Origin: Amoebophrya sp. A120
Lineage: Eukaryota > Protista > Dinoflagellata
DNA length: 64,000 nt
Direction of reading: 5' to 3'
NCBI GenBank assembly: GCA_905178155.1
Contig: CAJINV010000003.1
Location: 4,871,863-4,935,862 of the forward strand
In this document: positions 1 through 12,449 of the stretch, one piece after another
Layout of the letters: each line of letters begins with the position of its first letter
How positions within the stretch are numbered: position 1 is the stretch's first letter
Notes under the pieces: model-generated
What the model saw: only the letters and a program-made list of their open reading frames with translations
Told to the model about the DNA's origin: nothing
Databases searched by the model: none
Program-made: the position numbers and the translations under genes

Positions 1-135
1 CGTGCGCAAAAAGATCGCTTTTGCGAAACCGCTACAAAGGCCCGCGCGCGCAGCGCGAAAAAATTTTTTGCCCGGCCGGCACAAGCAACAACGCCGAACA
101 CGGTAGGCCCCGACCCTGAGTGAACCAGCGGCGGA

Positions 136-1246
136 CCAGCGGCGGCTTCTTCTGCAAAGCGGTGCAGATGCAAATGGAAATCTCTACAATGACTAGCGAA
201 AGGTGAGAAAACCCATTATTTAATAGTATTCCGCAATAGAAACAAAGAATAGAAACGAAAAACAAAAACAAAGAATGGAAACGAAAAACGACAACAAACA
301 ATGGAAACGAAAAACGAAAACAAAGAATAGAAACGAAAAACGAAAACAACGAAACAAATGCTGACAAAGTGCCCAGGCTTCTAAGCGGCGAAGCCTCGAA
401 ACGAAGGGGCGTCGAAGCGCCGAAGCAGCGAAGCGCCGAAGCAGCGAAGCCTTGAAGCAGCGAGGCCTCGAACGAAGCAGCGAAGCCTCAAAGCAGCGAA
501 GCCTCGAAGCAGCGAAGCAAGCCTCGAAGCAGCGAAGCAAGCCTCGAAGCAGCGAAGCAAGCCTCGAAGCAGCGAAGCAAGCCTCGAAGCAGCGAAGCCT
601 CGAAGCAGCGAAGCCTCGAAGCACGCAGCGAAGCCTCGAAGCATGCAGCGAAGCCTCGAAGCAGCGAAGCCTCGAAGCAGCGCCTGAGGCCTCGAAGCAG
701 CGCCTGAGGCCTCGAAGCAGCGCCTGAGGCCTCGAAGCAGCGCCTGAAGCCTCGAAGCAGCAGCGCCTGAAGCCTCGAAGCACCGTCTGAAGCCTCGAAA
801 CAACGTCTAAAGCCCCGAGGCAGCACCGTGCGAGGCCCCGGGGCAGCAGCGTGCGAGGCCTCGAAGCAGCAGCGCGCGAAGCCTCGAAGCAACAACGTAC
901 GAAGCCACGAAGCAACAACGTACGAAGCACCGTGCGAAGCCCCGAAGCCGCGGGGCCTCGGAGCAGCGGAGCCTCGACGAAGCCGCGCCGGTGCCGGACC
1001 ATGCCCAAGCCGAGCCGGTGCCAGCCGGACCATGGCCGAGCAAGGCGAGCTGGTGCCGGGCCATGGGCAGACCGAGCCGGTGCATTCCGGACCATGGGTG
1101 GCCAGACCGGGCCGGTGCGTGTCGGACCCCGGCAAGGCCGAGCCGGTGCCGGACCATGGCAGAGCCAAGCCGGTGCCGGACTATGCATGGCCAAGCCGAA
1201 CCAGCGGCGGCTTCTTCTGCAAAGCGGTGCAGATGCAAATGGAAAT
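136..1246. repeat. Composite repeat block: 46-bp perfect direct repeats enclosing three different tandem arrays
   Basis: ccagcggcggcttcttctgcaaagcggtgcagatgcaaatggaaat occurs at 136-181 and 1201-1246. Between them lie an A-rich gaaacgaaaaac array (~235-357), a gaagcagcgaagcctc-type array (~383-980) and a gccggtgccggaccatgg-type array (~985-1200). The ORFs here are low-complexity repeat translations. Confidence 0.9.
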
Positions 1247-1665
1247 TTTTTCTATGAGAGGACCATGACTTGTCTAGACGTGAACCACACAGCACCGCAC
1301 AAGCTGCATGTAGCTCCCTGGCCTTGACACACTTGCAGTGGATACTAATGCGCGCACATAGGCGGACTGTTCCAAAGTCCGAGTCCATCGGGAGTGCAAC
1401 GCAAGGGTATGAAATTGAAAGCCTCAGGGTGATAAAAATGTTCCGAGTGGGAATCAGCTTCAGCACATTGGCAGCACGGCTGCGGGGTGGCATTCCAGAA
1501 CTTTGGAGCCTTGCTTTATGTCAAGTACGGTACAAACAGGGTCAGTACCAAAACCAATGCTGCGAGCCTAGAAAATGACCACACCCACTCCATACTCTCG
1601 ATCTAGTCTGATCATGCCACCTACTGCGCAATTATGCAAACCTTGGTTTGATAGCGAGCGTCGTG

Positions 1666-4452
1666 CTAATCCTCTTCATCTTGGTTGAGGATTTTCGTTT
1701 TGAGGCCTTCATAAATGCGTGATCGAACGTGGTAGGGCGGATTCCAACCGGTGGTTACTATTTCCCTGGAGGAAGCATCAAGAGCCCACTGCTGTACGTC
1801 TTCGTGGGTCTCGCTAATTTTCGTAGCCGCCTTGCGTAACTCCTGGTCAAGCGGCACTCTCCTCGTAACGTTTTTCCATGCAGGAAGGTACTGAAACTGT
1901 TCGTCTTCGTCCACCCGCCTAGTCTCTATCTCTAAAAATTCCTGTCCAACCGCGTGTCGCTCAGACAGCCAAGTTTCCAAATCGCCCAAGTAGCGTCTAG
2001 CGGACGCATCCAGGTTCCGCAATCGCGCTTCCGCCGGGTCGAGTCCTAGGACATCATCATCTCCATCGACAAGTACACCGCTGGGAGGCTCGCGTTGCTC
2101 GAGTTTGACAATAACGTCTTGCCCGAAGACCGCCCACAATCGAAAGAATTTCGCAACTGCCGGGGCCACAAATTGCGGAACGCTGAGGGGTACGGGAAGA
2201 CGGTGGTCACATGCGTCGCCGTCGAGGAATGCTGCGTCGTCATGCTCTTTCGTAAAAATCCGGCGGAGAATGTCCTTCACGTTGAGTGCTTTCAACCTTT
2301 TGTCCACAGCGAAGCCTCCTTGGACGCGCTTCTTGAAAAAAGCGGCAACCACATACTCAGGCTCATCATGATCTTCTGGGAAGAAGTTATCTTCTTCGGA
2401 AGTTGTGGATGGAGTGGTCGCAGTCGCGCCAGTGGTTCCACTCCCAGTCGGATTTTTATCCCTAGCAGCAGGCGGAGCGCTGCGACCACGTTCTGGTGAT
2501 GTCAGACTCTTCACAAACATTTCACGCACTATGTCGCTTTTGCCACTGAGGCACAAAAGTTGCTGGCTTTCGACAAACTTTTCCTCGCCGACGCCTTGGA
2601 GCAATCGCCGCAGGATGGGACTGGCCAGGCGATGCAACACGTAGAAGAAAATCTTCACCAATTGTAAGTAGTCGTTTTTTGCGTGGCTCTTGTTCACGAA
2701 GCTGCAGACGCTGATGTATTCGAGGTCGATCACATGAAGCGAAAACGGCGACGTCATCCATCCACTTGGGTTTTCAAGTGTACGCTCTATCTGCGAGTCT
2801 TGGTTTTCTCCAGCTTCCTGTTCTACTAGAAATGCTCCTAGCGTCAACTGACAATGCGACCGATTCTCGGTTCGGAGAAACAACACGGCGCGAAGTATCT
2901 GCACCATGATTCGCGCGATGAGAGTGCACAGACGCCGTAGCAACAGCAGCAGCTGACTCTGGATCTTTCCCCTGAGCGGTTGGTCTTGGCCGCTTTCTCG
3001 CCCTCCAGCTTCATTTGATGGCAATAGCGTTCGAACATGCCTGCGCACTTTTTCAGCCAGCTCCTCCACGAACGTTTTTAGATTCTTTGACGTGCTTTCT
3101 GTTCGTTCTTGTGTCGCGCCAGATACTATCTTGTCGTAGTTTGTGGTTACGACGAAGATGCGGGGGGTCGCGCGTGGACTTCTTGCGGTCTCCACCGGGT
3201 CGTCGTCCGGCCATGCCGCACGCGCCGCGACCTCTCCTGATCCTTCCTGCACTAATTCGAAGCTTCCGACGCTGCACCCGTAGGTGCGCATAATCGTAAA
3301 GCGATCCTTCTCCTTCTTCGCGACATTGCGGTCTTCGAGGCAGTCCTGGTAATCGCGGCGCAGACAAGGGCCAAACCGGAAGAGAAAGGCCGTTGGCAAA
3401 ACCCACCGCGAAATACAATCAGCCTGTCCCATTTTTATCGCTCTATCCCGGTGGAGCTGCAAGTCCTCCATTTCTTGTTCTCCTACACTTTCGGCAGCTG
3501 GTTCCTCAGCGACGGCTCCTTCGGGTGATGCCGTATCGAGCATGCGCTCCGTGGTCTGTAGGAGGTACGGGGACTGTAAAGCAGGAACTTCAGAGTCTGT
3601 TGGTTTTCCGCTTTGGCTTCCTTTTTTGTCAGTCTCCCTCGTCCCGCTCTCGTCTGGAAGTTGCATGAAGTACCTCTCCGCGCAGCGAACACCGACGCAG
3701 CGGCGCAGGAAATCAAGATTTCGGGAACCCCATTCGTGTCTCGGCTTTTCCCAGGGGCGGAAGGTCTCGTGCCCTTGCTTCACGCGGATCAATTGTAAAA
3801 ACTCTTGGGAGGATTTTGTCTCGTTTTCGTTGCCACGACCTGCGCCTGGAACAACGACGTTATAGACCACGGACGAGCCCGAGATTGATGTGCGTGCGTC
3901 CGACGTTCCACCAGAGGCTGCGGCGGCTTGTTGCTTTGCTTTCATGGTAATAGCCGCCGATGCAGCGAGAAAGTGCTCCAGAGTCTCGAGTTTCCGCGGT
4001 CGCAGCGCAACGTCATTTAACCCATCTGCCTCTGCTCGATCGCATTCCGCGCCGGTCCTTCTAAGGGCTAACTTTTCCGATATGCCGCGCCAGTGCGAAC
4101 GCGCGTAGGTGAGCGCCACCGTTGCATTGACTAGAAGAGGCGCCACCTCGACACGACCTTGCAACTTTGCAGTACTAGCACCATCCAAGTTCATACTTTC
4201 CGGATTTACGTCCGAAACTGAGTCTGGGCGGGATCGGGATGAGACACTGGTAGTTTCCATAATTATCCAACTGAGGCCTGTAGGATCACCTGTTGAGCGC
4301 TCATTCCGATAGCCTTCGCTTCCCCTTTTTACGCCGAGGGGTTGCGAAATAGCGGTCATTCGTGGCGCAGTGAGAAACCCCTCGCACATGCAGACAACAA
4401 GAACGACACACCGGACCAGACCGATGCATCGTCTTGAGGGGGTGCGCCTCAT
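1666..4452 (-). CDS. ~928-aa protein with probable signal peptide and degenerate protein-kinase-like segment (putative pseudokinase)
   Basis: Long uninterrupted ORF. Hydrophobic N-terminus IGLVRCVVLVVCMCEG. QILRAVLFLRTENRSHCQLTLGAFLV...LHVIDLEY resembles the kinase alphaE, catalytic loop and DFG region with catalytic residues altered. Confidence 0.5.
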   Translation of the reverse strand: MRRTPSRRCIGLVRCVVLVVCMCEGFLTAPRMTAISQPLGVKRGSEGYRNERSTGDPTGLSWIIMETTSVSSRSRPDSVSDVNPESMNLDGASTAKLQGRVEVAPLLVNATVALTYARSHWRGISEKLALRRTGAECDRAEADGLNDVALRPRKLETLEHFLAASAAITMKAKQQAAAASGGTSDARTSISGSSVVYNVVVPGAGRGNENETKSSQEFLQLIRVKQGHETFRPWEKPRHEWGSRNLDFLRRCVGVRCAERYFMQLPDESGTRETDKKGSQSGKPTDSEVPALQSPYLLQTTERMLDTASPEGAVAEEPAAESVGEQEMEDLQLHRDRAIKMGQADCISRWVLPTAFLFRFGPCLRRDYQDCLEDRNVAKKEKDRFTIMRTYGCSVGSFELVQEGSGEVAARAAWPDDDPVETARSPRATPRIFVVTTNYDKIVSGATQERTESTSKNLKTFVEELAEKVRRHVRTLLPSNEAGGRESGQDQPLRGKIQSQLLLLLRRLCTLIARIMVQILRAVLFLRTENRSHCQLTLGAFLVEQEAGENQDSQIERTLENPSGWMTSPFSLHVIDLEYISVCSFVNKSHAKNDYLQLVKIFFYVLHRLASPILRRLLQGVGEEKFVESQQLLCLSGKSDIVREMFVKSLTSPERGRSAPPAARDKNPTGSGTTGATATTPSTTSEEDNFFPEDHDEPEYVVAAFFKKRVQGGFAVDKRLKALNVKDILRRIFTKEHDDAAFLDGDACDHRLPVPLSVPQFVAPAVAKFFRLWAVFGQDVIVKLEQREPPSGVLVDGDDDVLGLDPAEARLRNLDASARRYLGDLETWLSERHAVGQEFLEIETRRVDEDEQFQYLPAWKNVTRRVPLDQELRKAATKISETHEDVQQWALDASSREIVTTGWNPPYHVRSRIYEGLKTKILNQDEED

Positions 4453-5211
4453 TGTGTACAAGGAAGCGAATCACAACTACATGCGAGCTCACATCGCTTA
4501 TTCGAAACAAACGACTAGCAAAAAAAACGGCAGCCCCACGACCCATGTCTATTCGAAAAAAACAAGTTTTTGATGTCGCTCGAGCGGACACGCCAAAGTG
4601 CACCGAAATTTAATTTCATTACCACACACAGACACACAAAAAGAACAATTTCAATTACAAGAGCGGGACCGTGGCGACTTCTTTTGTAAACAACTTTTCG
4701 ATGGATCTGCTGTGGCGCTCGTCTTGATCGTCTTGTCTGACCGAGCAGGTTAAACGAAGGTCCCCATACCTCCTTTAGTGACTCGTCCGAAAACACAAAG
4801 CCTTGTCTTCGGGACAAAAAAACAGGCGAAATGATCGCACAAGTGATAGACCTATCTACTTCAATCGATCAGTCACACAAATATGAAAATGCTGAAATGA
4901 AGCCAATTACGTTGTTTCTCATTCTCGCATCTGGGTTTCATATGGAGTCGATCCACGCCTGCGCACTAGGGTCACCGAAAGCCCCTTCGTAAAGCATCAT
5001 GCTTTACACTGACACTGTGCATTCATCTTACAACTACCTATGCTCGCTTCGAGCTCCACAAAATGGTGCACTACACAAAAGGGCTGGAATGTTTCTGTGT
5101 CGTCGAGTGTCGAGAACTACCCTACGTCTGAGACTCGCCACGACTAGAGCCGTGCAAAACAGTACGCAACCAGTGTGTGAGTTTTTAAAACGTCTTCCGA
5201 TTTAGGTACTT

Positions 5212-6573
5212 CTATGTCAACCGCACAAGATCAGATATCAGTTCCGGCGGCACGGTGTCCATGTGGCGCTGCAAGACTTGTAGAATCTGTTGCCGCTTCC
5301 GGTACTCATTGGGGGAAAAAACACCCGCAACGTCAACGTCCCGGTGCGGTTCATACGATGGCGCGGCCGTGCTTATTTCCGTGCTGAAATAGTCCGCGTG
5401 GGTGATTGAGGCAGAACTGGCGGGTACCAGTGTGTACGCCCCGGCACCAGTTCTGGACGGATACTGCCGGCTGGGGTCGAACGTTGTGACTGCATGCGGC
5501 CCTCCGAAACTACTCGTAGAGTGTTGCTGCGCCATCGCTCCGGCTGGTAATGTTACGCCATGCTGTGCTATTTCTGGCGAGCTGGGGGTGCTGTGCTGTT
5601 GGTGGAACGTGGCGCCTTCGCGCTGCAGCTTCTGTTTGTGTTTGTAGGCGTGGTAGAGCACCTTCTTCGGGATACTAGTCGTGAGCCCGCTGCTGGAAGA
5701 AACTGGTCGTCGAGTCAGCATTGTCGGATCCGTCTCGGACACGACCGGGAGCGCGACCGAGCGGAAAACTTTTGGGCTAGCGCCTGCCCCTGCGTTTGTT
5801 GCGACAAAATTCATTCCGCTGCCGACCGAAGACGATCCTGCGCTCAGGTTGTAGTGATGCTGGTGGTCAGCTACACCAGAGGCGATCAAATTTGTTCCGG
5901 CGATTGTAGTTGAGCCTGGAGGACCTCCGCCATACATTCGTCGACCTGGTGGCAGTTGGCTACTAAGATTCTGTTCCTGCTCTGATATGATCTGGCGGCG
6001 AAAAGCCCCGTCGAGGGTTAGTGAGCAGTTGAGTAACTCCGAGGACGCGACGCTAATAGCAGGGGAGCTCGCCACGTCCGAGGCTGTAGGACTCGACACC
6101 ATCGACGCCGCATGGAGCGGCGCACGAGACGGTATCTCGGGCTTGTTATTCGTGTTGTTGATCACACTGCGCTGCACAAGATCGAGGTCTTGGTCCACTG
6201 CGAGGACAACGAGGTCTTTCTTGTGCAAGTCTGGGTTAATCGTGTTCGGTCCGGTTGCGTTGTTGCGGTTGTAACTCGACGGGCCTGCCCTGCCGGTCAA
6301 ACTCCCAGAGGATGGAGCTGCGGTCACATCAGCGCTCCCTGCTGTGACAAACTTCGTCTTTCCGGTGGTCGAGGCCGAGGCTGCAGTCCGGTGCGCCAGG
6401 CCGCTCCCAGCAGAAGGCTCGTTGTAGCTGCGGCTCCCGTCATAGACTTGAATGTCTTCCTCGTGCGCAAGAACGACCTGTTGCGGACTAGAAGCTGAGC
6501 CGTCCGGCACACTCCTGCTGCCGTCGGCGGAAAATAAACTTGGAAACGGCGTCGCGCCGCTCAGAGACTTCAT
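5212..6573 (-). CDS. Hypothetical Ser/Ala/Thr-rich, probably disordered protein (~453 aa)
   Basis: Long ORF with first ATG at 6573 (MKSLSGATP). No recognised domain. Confidence 0.7.
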   Translation of the reverse strand: MKSLSGATPFPSLFSADGSRSVPDGSASSPQQVVLAHEEDIQVYDGSRSYNEPSAGSGLAHRTAASASTTGKTKFVTAGSADVTAAPSSGSLTGRAGPSSYNRNNATGPNTINPDLHKKDLVVLAVDQDLDLVQRSVINNTNNKPEIPSRAPLHAASMVSSPTASDVASSPAISVASSELLNCSLTLDGAFRRQIISEQEQNLSSQLPPGRRMYGGGPPGSTTIAGTNLIASGVADHQHHYNLSAGSSSVGSGMNFVATNAGAGASPKVFRSVALPVVSETDPTMLTRRPVSSSSGLTTSIPKKVLYHAYKHKQKLQREGATFHQQHSTPSSPEIAQHGVTLPAGAMAQQHSTSSFGGPHAVTTFDPSRQYPSRTGAGAYTLVPASSASITHADYFSTEISTAAPSYEPHRDVDVAGVFSPNEYRKRQQILQVLQRHMDTVPPELISDLVRLT

Positions 6574-7672
6574 TATGATCTGTCTTAATTCGGGATGATA
6601 TTGATACGTGTGGTGGTTTACAAGAGGTAGATAAAAATGCTGAAAAATATAAGGCCGAGGATGTCCCACTCACGCGAAAGGGGTAGAGACACAAGCTGCA
6701 AAAATCGAGATCAAAGTCGGTGTCCGGGCTTGTATTAACCTACAACTTGCGCGAAGGAAAAAGCCACAGACTAATAAACATTACGATTACCATAGGTGCA
6801 GATCAACTTGCGATGAATACGCAAGGGAGGGGTAAGGGTGCAACTCTGTCAATTTGGTTTTCGAAGTGGAAATTATGGTGCCGACGGTGCGTGTTCTCAA
6901 AATTTCACTGTGTTGCCTAGCGTCGCCACCGAGGTGTAAGTTCAGCTTCAGGAGGTGGAAAAAAATTTACCGACACCTTTAGCACGAAAAACCGATGCTG
7001 CTCGAATTCATTTCAACTGCACAGTGTTGTGCGATGCAATTGAAACAGATTGCTACATGTCGAAGGCAGAAGGTCTATGAACGTACACGGCGTAGATCGT
7101 AGCGCTCAGACTCACATTCTGTGCTACCAGAGAAAATCATCTTTCTATGTTGTACTAGCACTTCTGCATTTTGTCAAGATGGTACTGTAAGCCAAAAAAT
7201 TTTCTACAGTCCAATATTTTTTGTCGCACGGTAAGATGCTGAATTCGACTTTCGCTCCGCTCTCAGGAATTTCCATGCGTCGAGAATCAGTATCCTTAAA
7301 CTATTATTTCCTTCTTTTGCTAAAATCAAAGCCAAGCTCCGACAGGTGCAGGCACAGTGCGAATACACAACAGTGATAGCACGGCGTATTGATAGCTGTA
7401 ATAGACAATTAGAAACGTAGATTTATTTTTTTTTGGTATTCTATTATGCACGAGTAACGATGAAACAGGAAAGAAAAGATCACATTTGGTATTGTATTTG
7501 CTTAAATGGTAACGGTACAAGATACATGAAAGTTGCAGTCGTCTCGTGGTGCGACCACGAGAAACAACTGGCCTGGATTCAGTGTACAAGGAGCAAAGGT
7601 TGTTACACATACAAGGTTAGATACAGTTGCAGCTTTCCTTCTCGATGACAAAATTATACACCGATACAGCTA

Positions 7673-10600
7673 CTAAAACCCATCCAGCGCCTTTCCGAGG
7701 AGGTCGCCTGCACTTCTTGGCCCTGCTGGACGAGTTGCTGTCGGGGAAGGTTTCTTTTGCACGGGAGCCTGCTTCGGTTCTGGTATTGCAGGCTCCTCCG
7801 GGACCACGGCCGGTTGACTGGGCTTGCGTTCGTTGCTTGGCTGGCTTCCACCGCCGCCCCCTCCACCAAAGATTCCACCCAGAAAACCCTTCACTTCTTG
7901 TGCCTGAAAAAACACCAATTTGCGAGTTTTTGTTTTGCATCCTCTTGCTAACCGTTTAACATACAACAAATAGGCTTAGGATTGAGGATGCAAGAAAAAT
8001 CGAAGACCCACATACAACTTTCAAACATAACACACTGGAAATCGGCACAAAATTCCAAAAATGACGACAACTAGATAGTAGAGAGCTATACCGCGAGCAA
8101 GTCTTCCCCCGTTGCCCGCTTCATGTCGGCGATGACCTCTTTCAGCTCGTCCCGGTCCTTGGCCTTCTTGGGGACAAACTTGATTTTGTCTTTTCCGGCG
8201 ACCTTCATGGCGTATTTGGAGTAAAGCAGCTGGTTCTCGTAGGTGTGCGCCATGCCCAGATTCTCTTCGAAGAGCCGCTCGAGCAGCGATAAGTCCTTCA
8301 GGTGATCCACCCTCGCGTCGAGGTTCTCGGCAGGGAGGTAAGACAACCCTAATCGATCGGCGGCCTGCTGCCGTGCTACCGCCGCCTTTTGGCCCGTGGC
8401 CGGTACGAGAGATCCGACCTATTCGTTGTGGGAAAAATAGGGTGAGGAAGGAAAAAAAACAGGAACGTAGTTTCAACATCGCATAACCATCTCCAACGCC
8501 AAGAACGGACAAACGCAGAGAGAAACAAAACAAACCGTATCTGTACCTGCTCGAACATGCGATGGTGTTTCTTCTTCTTTCTCTTTTTCCGGCGCATGGA
8601 AAGGTCTGCTGCAGTGAGCAATGCCTCCGGCGACAGGCCTCGGCGGTCTTTTCGCAGGCGCCCTCGACTGGAGAGCAGTGGGCTGCCGCCCTCTTCCCCT
8701 TCGCCAGCAGAGCTGCTCGGGCTCGGACTCCGCGTCGACAGTGCGGGCAGTTTCTGCTTCCTTCGCTTCGCGCGCTCCTCGTAAAACTTTGCGAGCACGT
8801 GCTTGTTGAGCAAGATCTCCTGCTTGTCGTAGTCGTCTGATTTCATTTTCGCGATTGAGAGTAAGTAAGTGCTACAACTTAACACCTCGAAAGTTATGTC
8901 GCACAACAGCTTCAGATCACGGACTCAGAAGTCATCTTTCGTGGAAATGGAAATGCAAACTCAGTTCTTCTACTGTTGCAGCAACAAATTAATACCTTCG
9001 AGCCGGATCTTCTCCATTAAGCTGAGACAGTGCATCGATGTGTGTTCCATGGTGTCCTGCAGGCCCTCCTCCAAGGCGTTCTCCTTTGCCAAATCCGCCT
9101 CTACTTTTTCTTTCAATTTCAGAAGCTTTTCTTTTCGCCTCTGTCCCTCGGCCATATGCCGGCTCATGTTGAATTCCGTCTGCCGCAGTTGCGAAAGCGT
9201 TTGCACCTACGGGATGAAACAATGAGAAAGTTCTTGCTTGTATCAACACGGAATAAAAAACTAGGCATCGATTTTTCATCTTTGCCTCAGCCTGCCTTTA
9301 GTTTTGTATTTGTTGCACGAAAGAAAAGTTGATACTTGCACGCGATCTTAGTACTTCACTACCGTTGTGTTTGGTTTCGGGATCAACACTCCGCCTTCTT
9401 CGTGCTCTTTCAGTCCCTCTTCGCGGTCGGCCATGTATCGATGCGCCACCACGCGGTCGAACTCGTCGCTGCAGAGGTCCAAGAAGTCCGGGGGTACGAA
9501 GGATTGCAGGTATTTTTCCTTGCTGATCGCGTCGTACTCGGTCAAACCGGTTTCGTCCATCAGTTGCCTGCAATACGTTTCGTCCACGAGCTGGTGCAGA
9601 ATCAGGTCGCCAATGCAGAGCTTCGAGTGCTTCTGCCGATCGTCCAGCGGAATGGAGTCGGGGGTTCCGAAAGTCAGCATTTTGCGGCAGTGCAGGGGGA
9701 CACCGTTCAAAACTTGGTTGCTCTCGACCTCATCGATTTGGTCGGTGGTTTATTTTTTGCGAAAAGTAGGAAAACGCACACATCACAGCGATCAGGATCA
9801 GACCATGTACGGTTTTGAAAACCGATTAGAAATTGTTGAAATTATATTTCTACCGTTGAGTGTTCGGCCAAATACACGATCTGATCAGCCAAATCGTCCG
9901 AGCAGTCCCTCCCCACAACACCCAAGACAACGTCTTTCAGTGTCAGCCTGGGTTCGGCTTTCGCTTTTTTGGGTAAATTGAAGACCGCCTGAAAGATGCG
10001 CACGATCCAGGCCTGGAAGGGGGTGCCGGCCTTTTGCAGCATGAGCGTCAGGTTTTCCATGTGCTCCTTGAAGGCGAGTGGCAGCTGGAAGCGCACCATC
10101 TCGCACAAACTCCGCAGGTTGGCGACGCACCGGCGGATCATGAAGGCTAGCTTCGCACGCACATACCGCTTTCGCTTCTTTCTCCACTGGTCCTTGGATT
10201 CGTTTACGCTGAGCACGTCCGCTGGCATGGGCGAGTTCGTGATGGCGTGCACCTGCCCGACGTACTGGTTCAAAATCCGCTGAATCACATTCAGAAAGCA
10301 GATCTCGCACACCGACAGCTTCACGCCAAGGCGGTCGGTTAAGGGGACCTTCTTCTTGAAATAAATGGTCTTTGGAATGATTTCTGCAATTTTCTCCGGT
10401 TTGGTCCAGTCCGCGTCGAGCGCGAAGTCTAGGGGTCCCACATAGGGTGCAGGAAGGCGGTAGGCGGTCAGTTTCAGTGCTTTCAGCTGCGGCTTCAGCA
10501 ATGTGGCTGTCGTGGGAGGTGGTAGTGTATTTGCATTTTGGATGATTATGATTTGTCGTCAGCTACGGAAGGACATTACTTGCAAGAAAAAAAGGAAGTG

Positions 10601-11474
10601 GTTGTCAATGCGGTGCAAGAACGAAGATGATAGTACATAGCTCTACAGGATCGAAAAACGTGTTTCATCCGTGAGGCGAAGAAGAAACAGGAATAAAAAT
10701 GAGATAATTCGTACTGAAAAGCCGGCATATGGCGTTGTAGGTCTGGTCTTCTTTGATGATCGTTACTGCTTGTTCCAACTTGATGGGAAAAATCTGGAAC
10801 TCGCTGCGTTGCACCAGGGTGCCAATGTGTTTTTTCGTCAACGCGGTGGTTTCGGCGTCAAACAGCCTCGATAGCATGCCCAGTGTCTCGAACAACAGGT
10901 CCTCCACTGCATCCTTGTCCATCAGCAACTTGCGTGAGTCCACCGTGGGCGGTGGTTGGAGTTTGGCCAGAGCAGTCGTTTTCTTTCCCTTTTTGTCTTC
11001 GCCGGGCGGGGAAAACGTCGCGGTGGCTCTTTTGTTACCTCCGACGTTCCCTCGCGGTGGCCCGCTCCCGGGCTTGAGGCGCTTGTACTTGCGATACCCG
11101 ACATTGAAGAGCAGCCACAGTTTCGTGCTCCGCTCTAGAATCGGCGTCGCGATCACGCACGCCACCCAGGCCGCCCAGAAGTGCGACTTGGGAATATCGG
11201 CAAAGAAGGACTCCAGGTCCTTGTCGCGGAATGCCGCAAGGTCCTGGCCCATGTCCAGCTCCCACCGCTTGTAAATGCTGGTCAGGAAGGGCACGTCCGC
11301 GAGTTTCTTCCCGAGCAGCTTGACCAACTCCTTGGCGCGCCGCATCTGGTAGATCGGCTCCGGCTCGCCTATGGGTACCCGCTCGATCTGGTCTTGCGTC
11401 GGCTCCTCCTCCCGAGACAGCACGCTGTAGTAGTACGGCGACAGCAAGAACTGATCCGACAAAGCCGCCCCCAT
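7673..11474 (-). CDS. Multi-exon (about 7 exons) hypothetical protein, starts MGAALS (possible N-myristoylation)
   Basis: ORF pieces 10665-11474, 9842-10501, 9348-9710, 8970-9206, ~8546-8837, 8086-~8418 and 7673-~7903 join in frame through GT-AG introns (e.g. TTC A|GTACGA...acag|CC ACA; GAA G|GTATTA...tcag|AC GAC; GCG|GTATAG...ttcag|GCA CAA). The acceptor of the second intron is uncertain. Confidence 0.65.
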
Positions 11475-12449
11475 TTTCGCTAGTAAGATAAGAAAAAGTG
11501 ATACAGAAAGAGGGAATCCAAATGTGAATCCAGTGTTCCACCGCGTCCACTGCGGGTGTAATAATCTACTTAAACGCGCTTCTCCGCACCTTCGTCTCGA
11601 CCATACCCCTGTTTCCACCACTAGCGCACGTTTCCTTGAAAAAAAAGCACTACGTAAAGGACCGTACAAATAGAGGCGACGGAAAGGTACTTATCGTATG
11701 AAAAATAATGGTGATCAATTTACCACTTCAATGTTTCACTGCTGTTAAGTAATCATAAATCATTGCCACCGCTTGCAGCATCGCCCAAAATAATCTTCAC
11801 CGGCACGAGATTAAACACAAAACACATTGATTGCCACTGCACACATAAGTACACGTTAAGGAGCCAAACGACACTGTGGGCCGTGTTTATTTGTTGCACA
11901 CCAGAAGGACCGTGTCGTGTGTTCACGACACAGAAACAAAGCCATAGACACACGTCTTGACCTTGACACACGATTGAGAACCGTTCCCCGGAGAAATTAT
12001 TCACGATGCGAAATACCACGACGAGCAAAAAAAGCGAAAAGATAGAGACACACAGAATCAATCTTCGATCCTGAAACTTTTTGCTTCCATCCCACGAAAC
12101 AAGATCCTCCAATTCAGAATCCAATGTTTAGGTGCCTGGTAAGTACTTCTTTCTTTGCACCGAGCCAGACGACGACGAACGAAGAAATCCTAAAAACTAC
12201 CCACGATCTCATCAATGACCACCGGCTCCTTGTCTACTTCAGACGACATGCTACAACATATCCCCCGCCAATACCGAGTAGCCCATGGACACTTTTCCAT
12301 GCCATCTTGCCAACAGCACCTGCGGCGGCTTTTGCGGAAGAGCACCACTGGTTGTCAGACTTAGTGTACTCAAGTTCTTCACAGCCCACAGAGTTCATTT
12401 GGATTTCTTTCTTTTAGAACTCAATGTTCTTTCGAGCGCGCATTGATTT

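Noticed and set aside
383-980. Possible CRISPR array or coding repeats (ORFs 220-1194, 488-1168, etc.)
   Set aside because: The units are contiguous with no unique spacers, there are no cas genes, and the context is eukaryotic. The ORFs are repeat translations open in several frames.
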